From Balanoglossus misakiensis (taxonomy: Eukaryota > Animalia > Hemichordata), in contig CM082587.2 of the NCBI GenBank assembly GCA_040954595.2, positions 1,517,000 to 1,580,999 on the forward strand: a stretch of 64,000 bases of DNA, in the 5' to 3' direction. Shown one piece after another: positions 12,201 to 27,200 of this stretch (the stretch's first letter is position 1; each line of letters opens with the position of its first letter). Below the pieces are notes generated by a model. The model saw only the letters and a program-made list of their open reading frames with translations. It was not told the DNA's origin and ran no database searches. A program made the translations under genes and the position numbers.

Positions 12201-15200
12201 AGCTCAGGAAAATCGTCAGAAATCGAAGATTTTTCGACTTTGCGAATTTTCAAAATTTGGTCATTTTTTGAAAAAACCATGGGTTATAGCTCAGGAAAAT
12301 CGTCAGAAATCGAAGATTTTTCGACTTTGCGAATTTTCAAAATTTGGTCATTTTTGATAAAAACCATGGGTTATAGCTCAGGAAAATCGTCAGAAATCGA
12401 AGATTTTTCGACTTTGCGAATTTTCAAAATTTTGTCATTTTTTGAAAAAACCATGGGTTATAGCTCAGGAAAATCGTCAGAAATCGAAGATTTTTCGACT
12501 TTGCGAATTTTCAAAATTTGGTCATTTTTTGAAAAAACCATGGGTTATAGCTCAGGAAAATCGTCAGAAATCGAAGATTTTTCGACTTTGCGAATTTCAA
12601 AATTTGGTCATTTTTTGATAAAAACCATGGGTTATAGCTCAGGAAAATCGTCAGAAATCGAAGATTTTTCGACTTTGCGAATTTTCAAAATTTGGTCATT
12701 TTTTGATAAAAACCATGGGTTATAGCTCAGGAAAATCGTCATAAATCGAAGATTTTTCGACTTTGCGAATTTTCAAAATTTGGTCATTTTTTGAAAAAAC
12801 ATGGGTTATAGCTCAGGAAAATCGTCAGAAATCGAAGATTTTTCGACTTTGCGAATTTTCAAAATTTGGTCATTTTTTGAAAAAACCATGGGTTATAGCT
12901 CAGGAAAATCGTCAGAAATCGAAGATTTTTCGACTTTGCGAATTTTCAAAATTTGGTCATTTTTTGAAAAAACCATGGGTTATAGCTCAGGAAAATCGTC
13001 AGAAATCGAAGATTTTTCGACTTTGCGAATTTTCAAAATTTGGTCATTTTTTGATAAAAACCATGGGTTATAGCTCAGGAAAATCGTCAGAAATCGAAGA
13101 TTTTTCGACTTTGCGAATTTCAAAATTTTGTCATTTTTTGAAAAAACCTGGGTTATAGCTCAGGAAAATCGTCAGAAATCGAAGATTTTTCGACTTTGCG
13201 AATTTTCAAAATTTGGTCATTTTTTGAAAAAACCATGGGTTATAGCTCAGGAAAATCGTCAGAAATCGAAGATTTTTCGACTTTGCGAATTTTCAAAATT
13301 TGGTCATTTTTTGAAAAAACCATGGGTTATAGCTCAGGAAAATCGTCAGAAATCGAAGATTTTTCGACTTTGCGAATTTTCAAAATTTGGTCATTTTTTG
13401 ATAAAAACCATGGGTTATAGCTCAGGAAAATCGTCAGAAATCGAAGATTTTTCGACTTTGCGAATTTTCAAAATTTGGTCATTTTTTGATAAAAACCATG
13501 GGTTATAGCTCAGGAAAATCGTCAGAAATCGAAGATTTTTCGACTTTGCGAATTTTCAAAATTTGGTCATTTTTTGAAAAAACCATGGGTTATAGCTCAG
13601 GAAAATCGTCAGAAATCGACGATTTTTCGACTTTGCGAATTTTCAAAATTTGGTCATTTTTTGAAAAAACCATGGGTTATAGCTCAGGAAAATCGTCAGA
13701 AATCGAAGATTTTTCGACTTTGCGAATTTTCAAAATTTGGTCATTTTTTGAAAAAACCATGGGTTATAGCTCAGGAAAATCGTCAGAAATCGAAGATTTT
13801 TCGACTTTGCGAATTTTCAAAATTTGGTCATTTTTTGAAAAAACCATGGGTTATAGCTCAGGAAAATCGTCAGAAATCGAAGATTTTTCGACTTTGCGAA
13901 TTTTCAAAATTTGGTCATTTTTTGATAAAAACCATGGGTTATAGCTCAGGAAAATCGTCAGAAATCGAAGATTTTTCGACTTTGCGAATTTTCAAAATTT
14001 GGTCATTTTTTGAAAAAAACCATGGGTTATAGCTCAGGAAAATCGTCAGAAATCGAAGATTTTTCGACTTTGCGAATTTTCAAAATTTGGTCATTTTTTG
14101 AAAAAACCATGGGTTATAGCTCAGGAAAATCGTCATAAATCGAAGATTTTTCGACTTTGCGAATTTTCAAAATTTGGTCATTTTTTGAAAAAACCATGGG
14201 TTATAGCTCAGGAAAATCGTCAGAAATCGAAGATTTTTCGACTTTGCGAATTTTCAAAATTTGGTCATTTTTTGAAAAAACCATGGGTTATAGCTCAGGA
14301 AAATCGTCAGAAATCGAAGATTTTTCGACTTTGCGAATTTTCAAAATTTGGTCATTTTTTGATAAAAACCATGGGTTATAGCTCAGGAAAATCGTCAGAA
14401 ATCGACGATTTTTCGACTTTGCGAATTTTCAAAATTTGGTCATTTTTTGAAAAAACCATGGGTTATAGCTCAGGAAAATCGTCAGAAATCGACGATTTTT
14501 CGACTTTGCGAATTTTCAAAATTTGGTCATTTTTTGAAAAAACCATGGGTTATAGCTCAGGAAAATCGTCAGAAATCGACGATTTTTCGACTTTGCGAAT
14601 TTTCAAAATTTGGTCATTTTTTGAAAAAACCATGGGTTATAGCTCAGGAAAATCGTCAGAAATAGAAGATTTTTCGACTTTGCGAATTTTCAAAATTTGG
14701 TCATTTTTTGAAAAAAACCATGGGTTATAGCTCAGGAAAATCGTCAGAAATCGAAGATTTTTCGACTTTGCGAATTTTCAAAATTTGGTCATTTTTTGAT
14801 AAAAACCATGGGTTATAGCTCAGGAAAATCGTCAGAAATCGAAGATTTTTCGACTTTGCGAATTTTCAAAATTTGGTCATTTTTTGAAAAAACCATGGGT
14901 TATAGCTCAGGAAAATCGTCATAAATCGAAGATTTTTCGACTTTGCGAATTTTCAAAATTTGGTCATTTTTTGAAAAAAACCATGGGTTATAGCTCAGGA
15001 AAATCGTGATAAATCGAAGATTTTTCGACTTTGCGAATTTTCAAAATTTGGTCATTTTTTGATAAAAACCATGGGTTATAGCTCAGGAAAATCGTCAGAA
15101 ATCGAAGATTTTTCGACTTTGCGAATTTTCAAAATTTGGTCATTTTTTGAAAAAAACATGGGTTATAGCTCAGGAAAATCGTCAGAAATCGAAGATTTTT

Positions 15201-18200
15201 CGACTTTGCGAATTTTCAAAATTTGGTCATTTTTTGAAAAAACCATGGGTTATAGCTCAGGAAAATCGTCAGAAATCGAAGATTTTTCGACTTTGCGAAT
15301 TTTCAAAATTTGGTCATTTTTTGAAAAAACCATGGGTTATAGCTCAGGAAAATCGTCAGAAATCGAAGATTTTTCGACTTTGCGAATTTTCAAAATTTGG
15401 TCATTTTTTGAAAAAACCATGGGTTATAGCTCAGGAAAATCGTCAGAAATCGAAGATTTTTCGACTTTGCGAATTTTCAAAATTTGGTCATTTTTTGATA
15501 AAAACCATGGGTTATAGCTCAGGAAAATCGTCAGAAATCGAAGATTTTTCGACTTTGCGAATTTTCAAAATTTGGTCATTTTTTGAAAAAACCATGGGTT
15601 TTAGCTCAGGAAAATCGTCATAAATCGAAGATTTTTCGACTTTGCGAATTTTTAAAATTTGGTCATTTTTTGAAAAAAACCATGGGTTATAGCTCAGGAA
15701 AATCGTCATAAATCGAAGATTTTTCGACTTTGCGAATTTTCAAAATTTGGTCATTTTTTGATAAAAACCATGGGTTATAGCTCAGGAAAATCGTCAGAAA
15801 TCGAAGATTTTTCGACTTTGCGAATTTTCAAAATTTGGTCATTTTTTGGAAAAACCATGGGTTATAGCTCAGGAAAATCGTCAGAAATCGAAGATTTTTC
15901 GACTTTGCGAATTTTCAAAATTTGGTCATTTTTTGAAAAAACCATGGGTTATAGCTCAGGAAAATCGTCAGAAATCGAAGATTTTTCGACTTTGCGAATT
16001 TTCAAAATTTGGTCATTTTTTGAAAAAACCATGGGTTATAGCTCAGGAAAATCGTCAGAAATCGAAGATTTTTCGACTTTGCGAATTTTCAAAATTTGGT
16101 CATTTTTTGAAAAAACCATGGGTTATAGCTCAGGAAAATCGTCAGAAATCGAAGATTTTTCGACTTTGCGAATTTTCAAAATTTGGTCATTTTTTGAAAA
16201 AAACATGGGTTATAGCTCAGGAAAATCGTCAGAAATCGAAGATTTTTCGACTTTGCAAATTTTCAAAATTTGGTCATTTTTTGAAAAAACCATGGGTTTT
16301 AGCTCAGGAAAATCGTCATAAATCGAAGATTTTTCGACTTTGCGAATTTTCAAAATTTGGTCATTTTTTGATAAAAACCATGGGTTATAGCTCAGGAAAA
16401 TCGTCAGAAATCGAAGATTTTTCGACTTTGCGAATTTTCAAAATTTGGTCATTTTTTGATAAAAACCATGGGTTATAGCTCAGGAAAATCGTCAGAAATC
16501 GACGATTTTTCGACTTTGCGAATTTTCAAAATTTGGTCATTTTTTGAAAAAACCATGGGTTATAGCTCAGGAAAATCGTCAGAAATCGACGATTTTTCGA
16601 CTTTGCGAATTTTCAAAATTTGGTCATTTTTTGAAAAAACCATGGGTTATAGCTCAGGAAAATCGTCAGAAATCGACGATTTTTCGACTTTGCGAATTTT
16701 CAAAATTTGGTCATTTTTTGAAAAAACCATGGGTTATAGCTCAGGAAAATCGTCAGAAATAGAAGATTTTTCGACTTTGCGAATTTTCAAAATTTGGTCA
16801 TTTTTTGAAAAAACCATGGGTTATAGCTCAGGAAAATCGTCAGAAATCGAAGATTTTTCGACTTTGCGAATTTTCAAAATTTGGTCATTTTTTGATAAAA
16901 ACCATGGGTTATAGCTCAGGAAAATCGTCAGAAATCGAAGATTTTTCGACTTTGCGAATTTTCAAAATTTGGTCATTTTTTGAAAAAACCATGGGTTATA
17001 GCTCAGGAAAATCGTCATAAATCGAAGATTTTTCGACTTTGCGAATTTTCAAAATTTGGTCATTTTTTGAAAAAAACCATGGGTTATAGCTCAGGAAAAT
17101 CGTGATAAATCGAAGATTTTTCGACTTTGCGAATTTTCAAAATTTGGTCATTTTTTGATAAAAACCATGGGTTATAGCTCAGGAAAATCGTCAGAAATCG
17201 AAGATTTTTCGACTTTGCGAATTTTCAAAATTTGGTCATTTTTTGAAAAAAACATGGGTTATAGCTCAGGAAAATCGTCAGAAATCGAAGATATTTCGAC
17301 TTTGCGAATTTTCAAAATTTGGTCATTTTTTGAAAAAACCATGGGTTATAGCTCAGGAAAATCGTCAGAAATCGAAGATTTTTCGACTTTGCGAATTTTC
17401 AAAATTTGGTCATTTTTTGAAAAAACCATGGGTTATAGCTCAGGAAAATCGTCAGAAATCGAAGATTTTTCGACTTTGCGAATTTTCAAAATTTGGTCAT
17501 TTTTTGAAAAAACCATGGGTTATAGCTCAGGAAAATCGTCAGAAATCGAAGATTTTTCGACTTTGCGAATTTTCAAAATTTGGTCATTTTTTGATAAAAA
17601 CCATGGGTTATAGCTCAGGAAAATCGTCAGAAATCGAAGATTTTTCGACTTTGCGAATTTTCAAAATTTGGTCATTTTTTGAAAAAACCATGGGTTTTAG
17701 CTCAGGAAAATCGTCATAAATCGAAGATTTTTCGACTTTGCGAATTTTCAAAATTTGGTCATTTTTTGAAAAAAACCATGGGTTATAGCTCAGGAAAATC
17801 GTCATAAATCGAAGATTTTTCGACTTTGCGAATTTTCAAAATTTGGTCATTTTTTGATAAAAACCATGGGTGATAGCTCAGGAAAATCGTCAGAAATCGA
17901 AGATTTTTCGACTTTGCGAATTTTAAAAATTTGGTCATTTTTTGGAAAAACCATGGGTTATAGCTCAGGAAAATCGTCAGAAATCGAAGATTTTTCGACT
18001 TTGCGAATTTTCAAAATTTGGTCATTTTTTGAAAAAACCATGGGTTATAGCTCAGGAAAATCGTCAGAAATCGAAGATTTTTCGACTTTGCGAATTTTCA
18101 AAATTTGGTCATTTTTTGAAAAAACCATGGGTTATAGCTCAGGAAAATCGTCAGAAATCGAAGATTTTTCGACTTTGCGAATTTTCAAAATTTGGTCATT

Positions 18201-21200
18201 TTTTGAAAAAACCATGGGTTATAGCTCAGGAAAATCGTCAGAAATCGAAGATTTTTCGACTTTGCGAATTTTCAAAATTTGGTCATTTTTTGAAAAAAAC
18301 ATGGGTTATAGCTCAGGAAAATCGTCAGAAATCGAAGATTTTTCGACTTTGCGAATTTTCAAAATTTGGTCATTTTTTGAAAAAACATGGGTTATAGCTC
18401 AGGAAAATCGTCATAAATCGAAGATTTTTCGACTTTGCGAATTTTCAAAATTTGGTCATTTTTTGAAAAAAACCATGGGTTATAGCTCAGGAAAATCGTG
18501 ATAAATCGAAGATTTTTCGACTTTGCGAATTTTCAAAATTTGGTCATTTTTTGATAAAAACCATGGGTTATAGCTCAGGAAAATCGTCAGAAATCGAAGA
18601 TTTTTCGACTTTGCGAATTTTCAAAATTTGGTCATTTTTTGAAAAAAACATGGGTTATAGCTCAGGAAAATCGTCAGAAATCGAAGATTTTTCGACTTTG
18701 CGAATTTTCAAAATTTGGTCATTTTTTGAAAAAACCATGGGTTATAGCTCAGGAAAATCGTCAGAAATCGAAGATTTTTCGACTTTGCGAATTTTCAAAA
18801 TTTGGTCATTTTTTGAAAAAACCATGGGTTATAGCTCAGGAAAATCGTCAGAAATCGAAGATTTTTCGACTTTGCGAATTTTCAAAATTTGGTCATTTTT
18901 TGAAAAAACCATGGGTTATAGCTCAGGAAAATCGTCAGAATTCGAAGATTTTTCGACTTTGCGAATTTTCAAAATTTGGTCATTTTTTGAAAAAAACCAT
19001 GGGTTATAGCTCAGGAAAATCGTGAGAAATCGAAGATTTTTCGACTTTGCGAATTTTCAAAATTTGGTCATTTTTTGAAAAAACCATGGGTTATAGCTCA
19101 GGAAAATCGTCAGAAATCGAAGATTTTTCGACTTTGCGAATTTTCAAAATTTGGTCATTTTTTGAAAAAAACCATGGGTTATAGCTCAGGAAAATCGTCA
19201 GAAATCGAAGATTTTTCGACTTTGCGAATTTTCAAAATTTGGTCATTTTTTGAAAAAAAACATGGGTTATAGCTCAGGAAAATCGTCAGAAATCGAAGAT
19301 TTTTCGACTTTGCGAATTTTCAAAATTTGGTCATTTTTTGAAAAAACCATGGGTTATAGCTCAGGAAAATCGTCAGAAATCGAAGATTTTTCGACTTAGC
19401 GAATTTTCAAAATTTGGTCATTTTTTTTAAAAAACCATGGGTTATAGCTCAGGAAAATCGTCAGAAATCGAAGATTTTTCGACTTTGCGAATTTTCAAAA
19501 TTTGGTCATTTTTTGAAAAAACCATAGGTTATAGCTCAGGAAAATCGTCAGAAATCGAAGATTTTTCGACTTTGCGAATTTTCAAAATTTGGTCATTTTT
19601 TGATAAAAACCATGGGTTATAGCTCAGGAAAATCGTCAGAAATCGAAGATTTTTCGACTTTGCGAATTTTCAAAATTTGGTCATTTTTTGATAAAAACCA
19701 TGGGTTATAGCTCAGGAAAATCGTCAGAAATCGAAGATTTTTCGACTTTGCGAATTTTCAAAATTTGGTCATTTTTTGATAAAAACCATGGGTTATAGCT
19801 CAGGAAAATCGTCAGAAATCGAAGATTTTTCGACTTTGCGAATTTTCAAAATTTGGTCATTTTTTGAAAAAACCATGGGTTATAGCTCAGGAAAATCGTC
19901 ATAAATCGAAGATTTTTCGACTTTGCGAATTTTCAAAATTTGGTCATTTTTTGAAAAAAACCATGGGTTATAGCTCAGGAAAATCGTCATAAATCGAAGA
20001 TTTTTCGACTTTGCGAATTTTCAAAATTTGGTCATTTTTTGATAAAAACCATGGGTTATAGCTCAGGAAAATCGTCATAAATCGAAGATTTTTCGACTTT
20101 GCGAATTTTCAAAATTTGGTCATTTTTTGAAAAAAACATGGGTTATAGCTCAGGAAAATCGTCAGAAATCGAAGATTTTTCGACTTTGCGAATTTTCAAA
20201 ATTTGGTCATTTTTTGAAAAAACCATGGGTTATAGCTCAGGAAAATCGTCAGAAATCGAAGATTTTTCGACTTTGCGAATTTTCAAAATTTGGTCATTTT
20301 TTGAAAAAACCATGGGTTATAGCTCAGGAAAATCGTCAGAAATCGAAGATTTTTCGACTTTGCGAATTTTCAAAATTTGGTCATTTTTTGATAAAAACCA
20401 TGGGTTATAGCTCAGGAAAATCGTCAGAAATCGAAGATTTTTCGACTTTGCGAATTTTCAAAATTTTGTCATTTTTTGAAAAAACCATGGGTTATAGCTC
20501 AGGAAAATCGTCAGAAATCGAAGATTTTTCGACTTTGCGAATTTTCAAAATTTGGTCATTTTTTGAAAAAACCATGGGTTATAGCTCAGGAAAATCGTCA
20601 GAAATCGAAGATTTTTCGACTTTGCGAATTTTCAAAATTTGGTCATTTTTTGATAAAAACCATGGGTTATAGCTCAGGAAAATCGTCAGAAATCGAAGAT
20701 TTTTCGACTTTGCGAATTTTCAAAATTTGGTCATTTTTTGATAAAAACCATGGGTTATAGCTCAGGAAAATCGTCATAAATCGAAGATTTTTCGACTTTG
20801 CGAATTTTCAAAATTTGGTCATTTTTTGAAAAAAACATGGGTTATAGCTCAGGAAAATCGTCAGAAATCGAAGATTTTTCGACTTTGCGAATTTTCAAAA
20901 TTTGGTCATTTTTTGAAAAAACCATGGGTTATAGCTCAGGAAAATCGTCAGAAATCGAAGATTTTTCGACTTTGCGAATTTTCAAAATTTGGTCATTTTT
21001 TGAAAAAACCATGGGTTATAGCTCAGGAAAATCGTCAGAAATCGAAGATTTTTCGACTTTGCGAATTTTCAAAATTTGGTCATTTTTTGATAAAAACCAT
21101 GGGTTATAGCTCAGGAAAATCGTCAGAAATCGAAGATTTTTCGACTTTGCGAATTTTCAAAATTTTGTCATTTTTTGAAAAAACCATGGGTTATAGCTCA

Positions 21201-24200
21201 GGAAAATCGTCAGAAATCGAAGATTTTTCGACTTTGCGAATTTTCAAAATTTGGTCATTTTTTGAAAAAACCATGGGTTATAGCTCAGGAAAATCGTCAG
21301 AAATCGAAGATTTTTCGACTTTGCGAATTTTCAAAATTTGGTCATTTTTTGAAAAAACCATGGGTTATAGCTCAGGAAAATCGTCAGAAATCGAAGATTT
21401 TTCGACTTTGCGAATTTTCAAAATTTGGTCATTTTTTGATAAAAACCATGGGTTATAGCTCAGGAAAATCGTCAGAAATCGAAGATTTTTCGACTTTGCG
21501 AATTTTCAAAATTTGGTCATTTTTTGATAAAAACCATGGGTTATAGCTCAGGAAAATCGTCAGAAATCGAAGATTTTTCGACTTTGCGAATTTTCAAAAT
21601 TTGGTCATTTTTTGAAAAAACCATGGGTTATAGCTCAGGAAAATCGTCAGAAATCGACGATTTTTCGACTTTGCGAATTTTCAAAATTTGGTCATTTTTT
21701 GAAAAAACCATGGGTTATAGCTCAGGAAAATCGTCAGAAATCGAAGATTTTTCGACTTTGCGAATTTTCAAAATTTGGTCATTTTTTGAAAAAACCATGG
21801 GTTATAGCTCAGGAAAATCGTCAGAAATCGAAGATTTTTCGACTTTGCGAATTTTCAAAATTTGGTCATTTTTTGAAAAAACCATGGGTTATAGCTCAGG
21901 AAAATCGTCAGAAATCGAAGATTTTTCGACTTTGCGAATTTTCAAAATTTGGTCATTTTTTGATAAAAACCATGGGTTATAGCTCAGGAAAATCGTCAGA
22001 AATCGAAGATTTTTCGACTTTGCGAATTTTCAAAATTTGGTCATTTTTTGAAAAAAACCATGGGTTATAGCTCAGGAAAATCGTCAGAAATCGAAGATTT
22101 TTCGACTTTGCGAATTTTCAAAATTTGGTCATTTTTTGAAAAAACCATGGGTTATAGCTCAGGAAAATCGTCATAAATCGAAGATTTTTCGACTTTGCGA
22201 ATTTTCAAAATTTGGTCATTTTTTGAAAAAACCATGGGTTATAGCTCAGGAAAATCGTCAGAAATCGAAGATTTTTCGACTTTGCGAATTTTCAAAATTT
22301 GGTCATTTTTTGAAAAAACCATGGGTTATAGCTCAGGAAAATCGTCAGAAATCGAAGATTTTTCGACTTTGCGAATTTTCAAAATTTGGTCATTTTTTGA
22401 TAAAAACCATGGGTTATAGCTCAGGAAAATCGTCAGAAATCGACGATTTTTCGACTTTGCGAATTTTCAAAATTTGGTCATTTTTTGAAAAAACCATGGG
22501 TTATAGCTCAGGAAAATCGTCAGAAATCGACGATTTTTCGACTTTGCGAATTTTCAAAATTTGGTCATTTTTTGAAAAAACCATGGGTTATAGCTCAGGA
22601 AAATCGTCAGAAATCGACGATTTTTCGACTTTGCGAATTTTCAAAATTTGGTCATTTTTTGAAAAAACCATGGGTTATAGCTCAGGAAAATCGTCAGAAA
22701 TAGAAGATTTTTCGACTTTGCGAATTTTCAAAATTTGGTCATTTTTTGAAAAAAACCATGGGTTATAGCTCAGGAAAATCGTCAGAAATCGAAGATTTTT
22801 CGACTTTGCGAATTTTCAAAATTTGGTCATTTTTTGATAAAAACCATGGGTTATAGCTCAGGAAAATCGTCAGAAATCGAAGATTTTTCGACTTTGCGAA
22901 TTTTCAAAATTTGGTCATTTTTTGAAAAAACCATGGGTTATAGCTCAGGAAAATCGTCATAAATCGAAGATTTTTCGACTTTGCGAATTTTCAAAATTTG
23001 GTCATTTTTTGAAAAAAACCATGGGTTATAGCTCAGGAAAATCGTGATAAATCGAAGATTTTTCGACTTTGCGAATTTTCAAAATTTGGTCATTTTTTGA
23101 TAAAAACCATGGGTTATAGCTCAGGAAAATCGTCAGAAATCGAAGATTTTTCGACTTTGCGAATTTTCAAAATTTGGTCATTTTTTGAAAAAAACATGGG
23201 TTATAGCTCAGGAAAATCGTCAGAAATCGAAGATTTTTCGACTTTGCGAATTTTCAAAATTTGGTCATTTTTTGAAAAAACCATGGGTTATAGCTCAGGA
23301 AAATCGTCAGAAATCGAAGATTTTTCGACTTTGCGAATTTTCAAAATTTGGTCATTTTTTGAAAAAACCATGGGTTATAGCTCAGGAAAATCGTCAGAAA
23401 TCGAAGATTTTTCGACTTTGCGAATTTTCAAAATTTGGTCATTTTTTGAAAAAACCATGGGTTATAGCTCAGGAAAATCGTCAGAAATCGAAGATTTTTC
23501 GACTTTGCGAATTTTCAAAATTTGGTCATTTTTTGATAAAAACCATGGGTTATAGCTCAGGAAAATCGTCAGAAATCGAAGATTTTTCGACTTTGCGAAT
23601 TTTCAAAATTTGGTCATTTTTTGAAAAAACCATGGGTTTTAGCTCAGGAAAATCGTCATAAATCGAAGATTTTTCGACTTTGCGAATTTTTAAAATTTGG
23701 TCATTTTTTGAAAAAAACCATGGGTTATAGCTCAGGAAAATCGTCATAAATCGAAGATTTTTCGACTTTGCGAATTTTCAAAATTTGGTCATTTTTTGAT
23801 AAAAACCATGGGTTATAGCTCAGGAAAATCGTCAGAAATCGAAGATTTTTCGACTTTGCGAATTTTCAAAATTTGGTCATTTTTTGGAAAAACCATGGGT
23901 TATAGCTCAGGAAAATCGTCAGAAATCGAAGATTTTTCGACTTTGCGAATTTTCAAAATTTGGTCATTTTTTGAAAAAACCATGGGTTATAGCTCAGGAA
24001 AATCGTCAGAAATCGAAGATTTTTCGACTTTGCGAATTTTCAAAATTTGGTCATTTTTTGAAAAAACCATGGGTTATAGCTCAGGAAAATCGTCAGAAAT
24101 CGAAGATTTTTCGACTTTGCGAATTTTCAAAATTTGGTCATTTTTTGAAAAAACCATGGGTTATAGCTCAGGAAAATCGTCAGAAATCGAAGATTTTTCG

Positions 24201-27200
24201 ACTTTGCGAATTTTCAAAATTTGGTCATTTTTTGAAAAAAACATGGGTTATAGCTCAGGAAAATCGTCAGAAATCGAAGATTTTTCGACTTTGCAAATTT
24301 TCAAAATTTGGTCATTTTTTGAAAAAACCATGGGTTTTAGCTCAGGAAAATCGTCATAAATCGAAGATTTTTCGACTTTGCGAATTTTCAAAATTTGGTC
24401 ATTTTTTGATAAAAACCATGGGTTATAGCTCAGGAAAATCGTCAGAAATCGAAGATTTTTCGACTTTGCGAATTTTCAAAATTTGGTCATTTTTTGATAA
24501 AAACCATGGGTTATAGCTCAGGAAAATCGTCAGAAATCGACGATTTTTCGACTTTGCGAATTTTCAAAATTTGGTCATTTTTTGAAAAAACCATGGGTTA
24601 TAGCTCAGGAAAATCGTCAGAAATCGACGATTTTTCGACTTTGCGAATTTTCAAAATTTGGTCATTTTTTGAAAAAACCATGGGTTATAGCTCAGGAAAA
24701 TCGTCAGAAATCGACGATTTTTCGACTTTGCGAATTTTCAAAATTTGGTCATTTTTTGAAAAAACCATGGGTTATAGCTCAGGAAAATCGTCAGAAATAG
24801 AAGATTTTTCGACTTTGCGAATTTTCAAAATTTGGTCATTTTTTGAAAAAACCATGGGTTATAGCTCAGGAAAATCGTCAGAAATCGAAGATTTTTCGAC
24901 TTTGCGAATTTTCAAAATTTGGTCATTTTTTGATAAAAACCATGGGTTATAGCTCAGGAAAATCGTCAGAAATCGAAGATTTTTCGACTTTGCGAATTTT
25001 CAAAATTTGGTCATTTTTTGAAAAAACCATGGGTTATAGCTCAGGAAAATCGTCATAAATCGAAGATTTTTCGACTTTGCGAATTTTCAAAATTTGGTCA
25101 TTTTTTGAAAAAAACCATGGGTTATAGCTCAGGAAAATCGTGATAAATCGAAGATTTTTCGACTTTGCGAATTTTCAAAATTTGGTCATTTTTTGATAAA
25201 AACCATGGGTTATAGCTCAGGAAAATCGTCAGAAATCGAAGATTTTTCGACTTTGCGAATTTTCAAAATTTGGTCATTTTTTGAAAAAAACATGGGTTAT
25301 AGCTCAGGAAAATCGTCAGAAATCGAAGATATTTCGACTTTGCGAATTTTCAAAATTTGGTCATTTTTTGAAAAAACCATGGGTTATAGCTCAGGAAAAT
25401 CGTCAGAAATCGAAGATTTTTCGACTTTGCGAATTTTCAAAATTTGGTCATTTTTTGAAAAAACCATGGGTTATAGCTCAGGAAAATCGTCAGAAATCGA
25501 AGATTTTTCGACTTTGCGAATTTTCAAAATTTGGTCATTTTTTGAAAAAACCATGGGTTATAGCTCAGGAAAATCGTCAGAAATCGAAGATTTTTCGACT
25601 TTGCGAATTTTCAAAATTTGGTCATTTTTTGATAAAAACCATGGGTTATAGCTCAGGAAAATCGTCAGAAATCGAAGATTTTTCGACTTTGCGAATTTTC
25701 AAAATTTGGTCATTTTTTGAAAAAACCATGGGTTTTAGCTCAGGAAAATCGTCATAAATCGAAGATTTTTCGACTTTGCGAATTTTCAAAATTTGGTCAT
25801 TTTTTGAAAAAAACCATGGGTTATAGCTCAGGAAAATCGTCATAAATCGAAGATTTTTCGACTTTGCGAATTTTCAAAATTTGGTCATTTTTTGATAAAA
25901 ACCATGGGTGATAGCTCAGGAAAATCGTCAGAAATCGAAGATTTTTCGACTTTGCGAATTTTAAAAATTTGGTCATTTTTTGGAAAAACCATGGGTTATA
26001 GCTCAGGAAAATCGTCAGAAATCGAAGATTTTTCGACTTTGCGAATTTTCAAAATTTGGTCATTTTTTGAAAAAACCATGGGTTATAGCTCAGGAAAATC
26101 GTCAGAAATCGAAGATTTTTCGACTTTGCGAATTTTCAAAATTTGGTCATTTTTTGAAAAAACCATGGGTTATAGCTCAGGAAAATCGTCAGAAATCGAA
26201 GATTTTTCGACTTTGCGAATTTTCAAAATTTGGTCATTTTTTGAAAAAACCATGGGTTATAGCTCAGGAAAATCGTCAGAAATCGAAGATTTTTCGACTT
26301 TGCGAATTTTCAAAATTTGGTCATTTTTTGAAAAAAACATGGGTTATAGCTCAGGAAAATCGTCAGAAATCGAAGATTTTTCGACTTTGCGAATTTTCAA
26401 AATTTGGTCATTTTTTGAAAAAACATGGGTTATAGCTCAGGAAAATCGTCATAAATCGAAGATTTTTCGACTTTGCGAATTTTCAAAATTTGGTCATTTT
26501 TTGAAAAAAACCATGGGTTATAGCTCAGGAAAATCGTGATAAATCGAAGATTTTTCGACTTTGCGAATTTTCAAAATTTGGTCATTTTTTGATAAAAACC
26601 ATGGGTTATAGCTCAGGAAAATCGTCAGAAATCGAAGATTTTTCGACTTTGCGAATTTTCAAAATTTGGTCATTTTTTGAAAAAAACATGGGTTATAGCT
26701 CAGGAAAATCGTCAGAAATCGAAGATTTTTCGACTTTGCGAATTTTCAAAATTTGGTCATTTTTTGAAAAAACCATGGGTTATAGCTCAGGAAAATCGTC
26801 AGAAATCGAAGATTTTTCGACTTTGCGAATTTTCAAAATTTGGTCATTTTTTGAAAAAACCATGGGTTATAGCTCAGGAAAATCGTCAGAAATCGAAGAT
26901 TTTTCGACTTTGCGAATTTTCAAAATTTGGTCATTTTTTGAAAAAACCATGGGTTATAGCTCAGGAAAATCGTCAGAAATCGAAGATTTTTCGACTTTGC
27001 GAATTTTCAAAATTTGGTCATTTTTTGGAAAAACCATGGGTTATAGCTCAGGAAAATCGTCAGAAATCGAAGATTTTTCGACTTTGCGAATTTTCAAAAT
27101 TTGGTCATTTTTTGAAAAAACCATGGGTTATAGCTCAGGAAAATCGTCAGAAATCGAAGATTTTTCGACTTTGCGAATTTTCAAAATTTGGTCATTTTTT

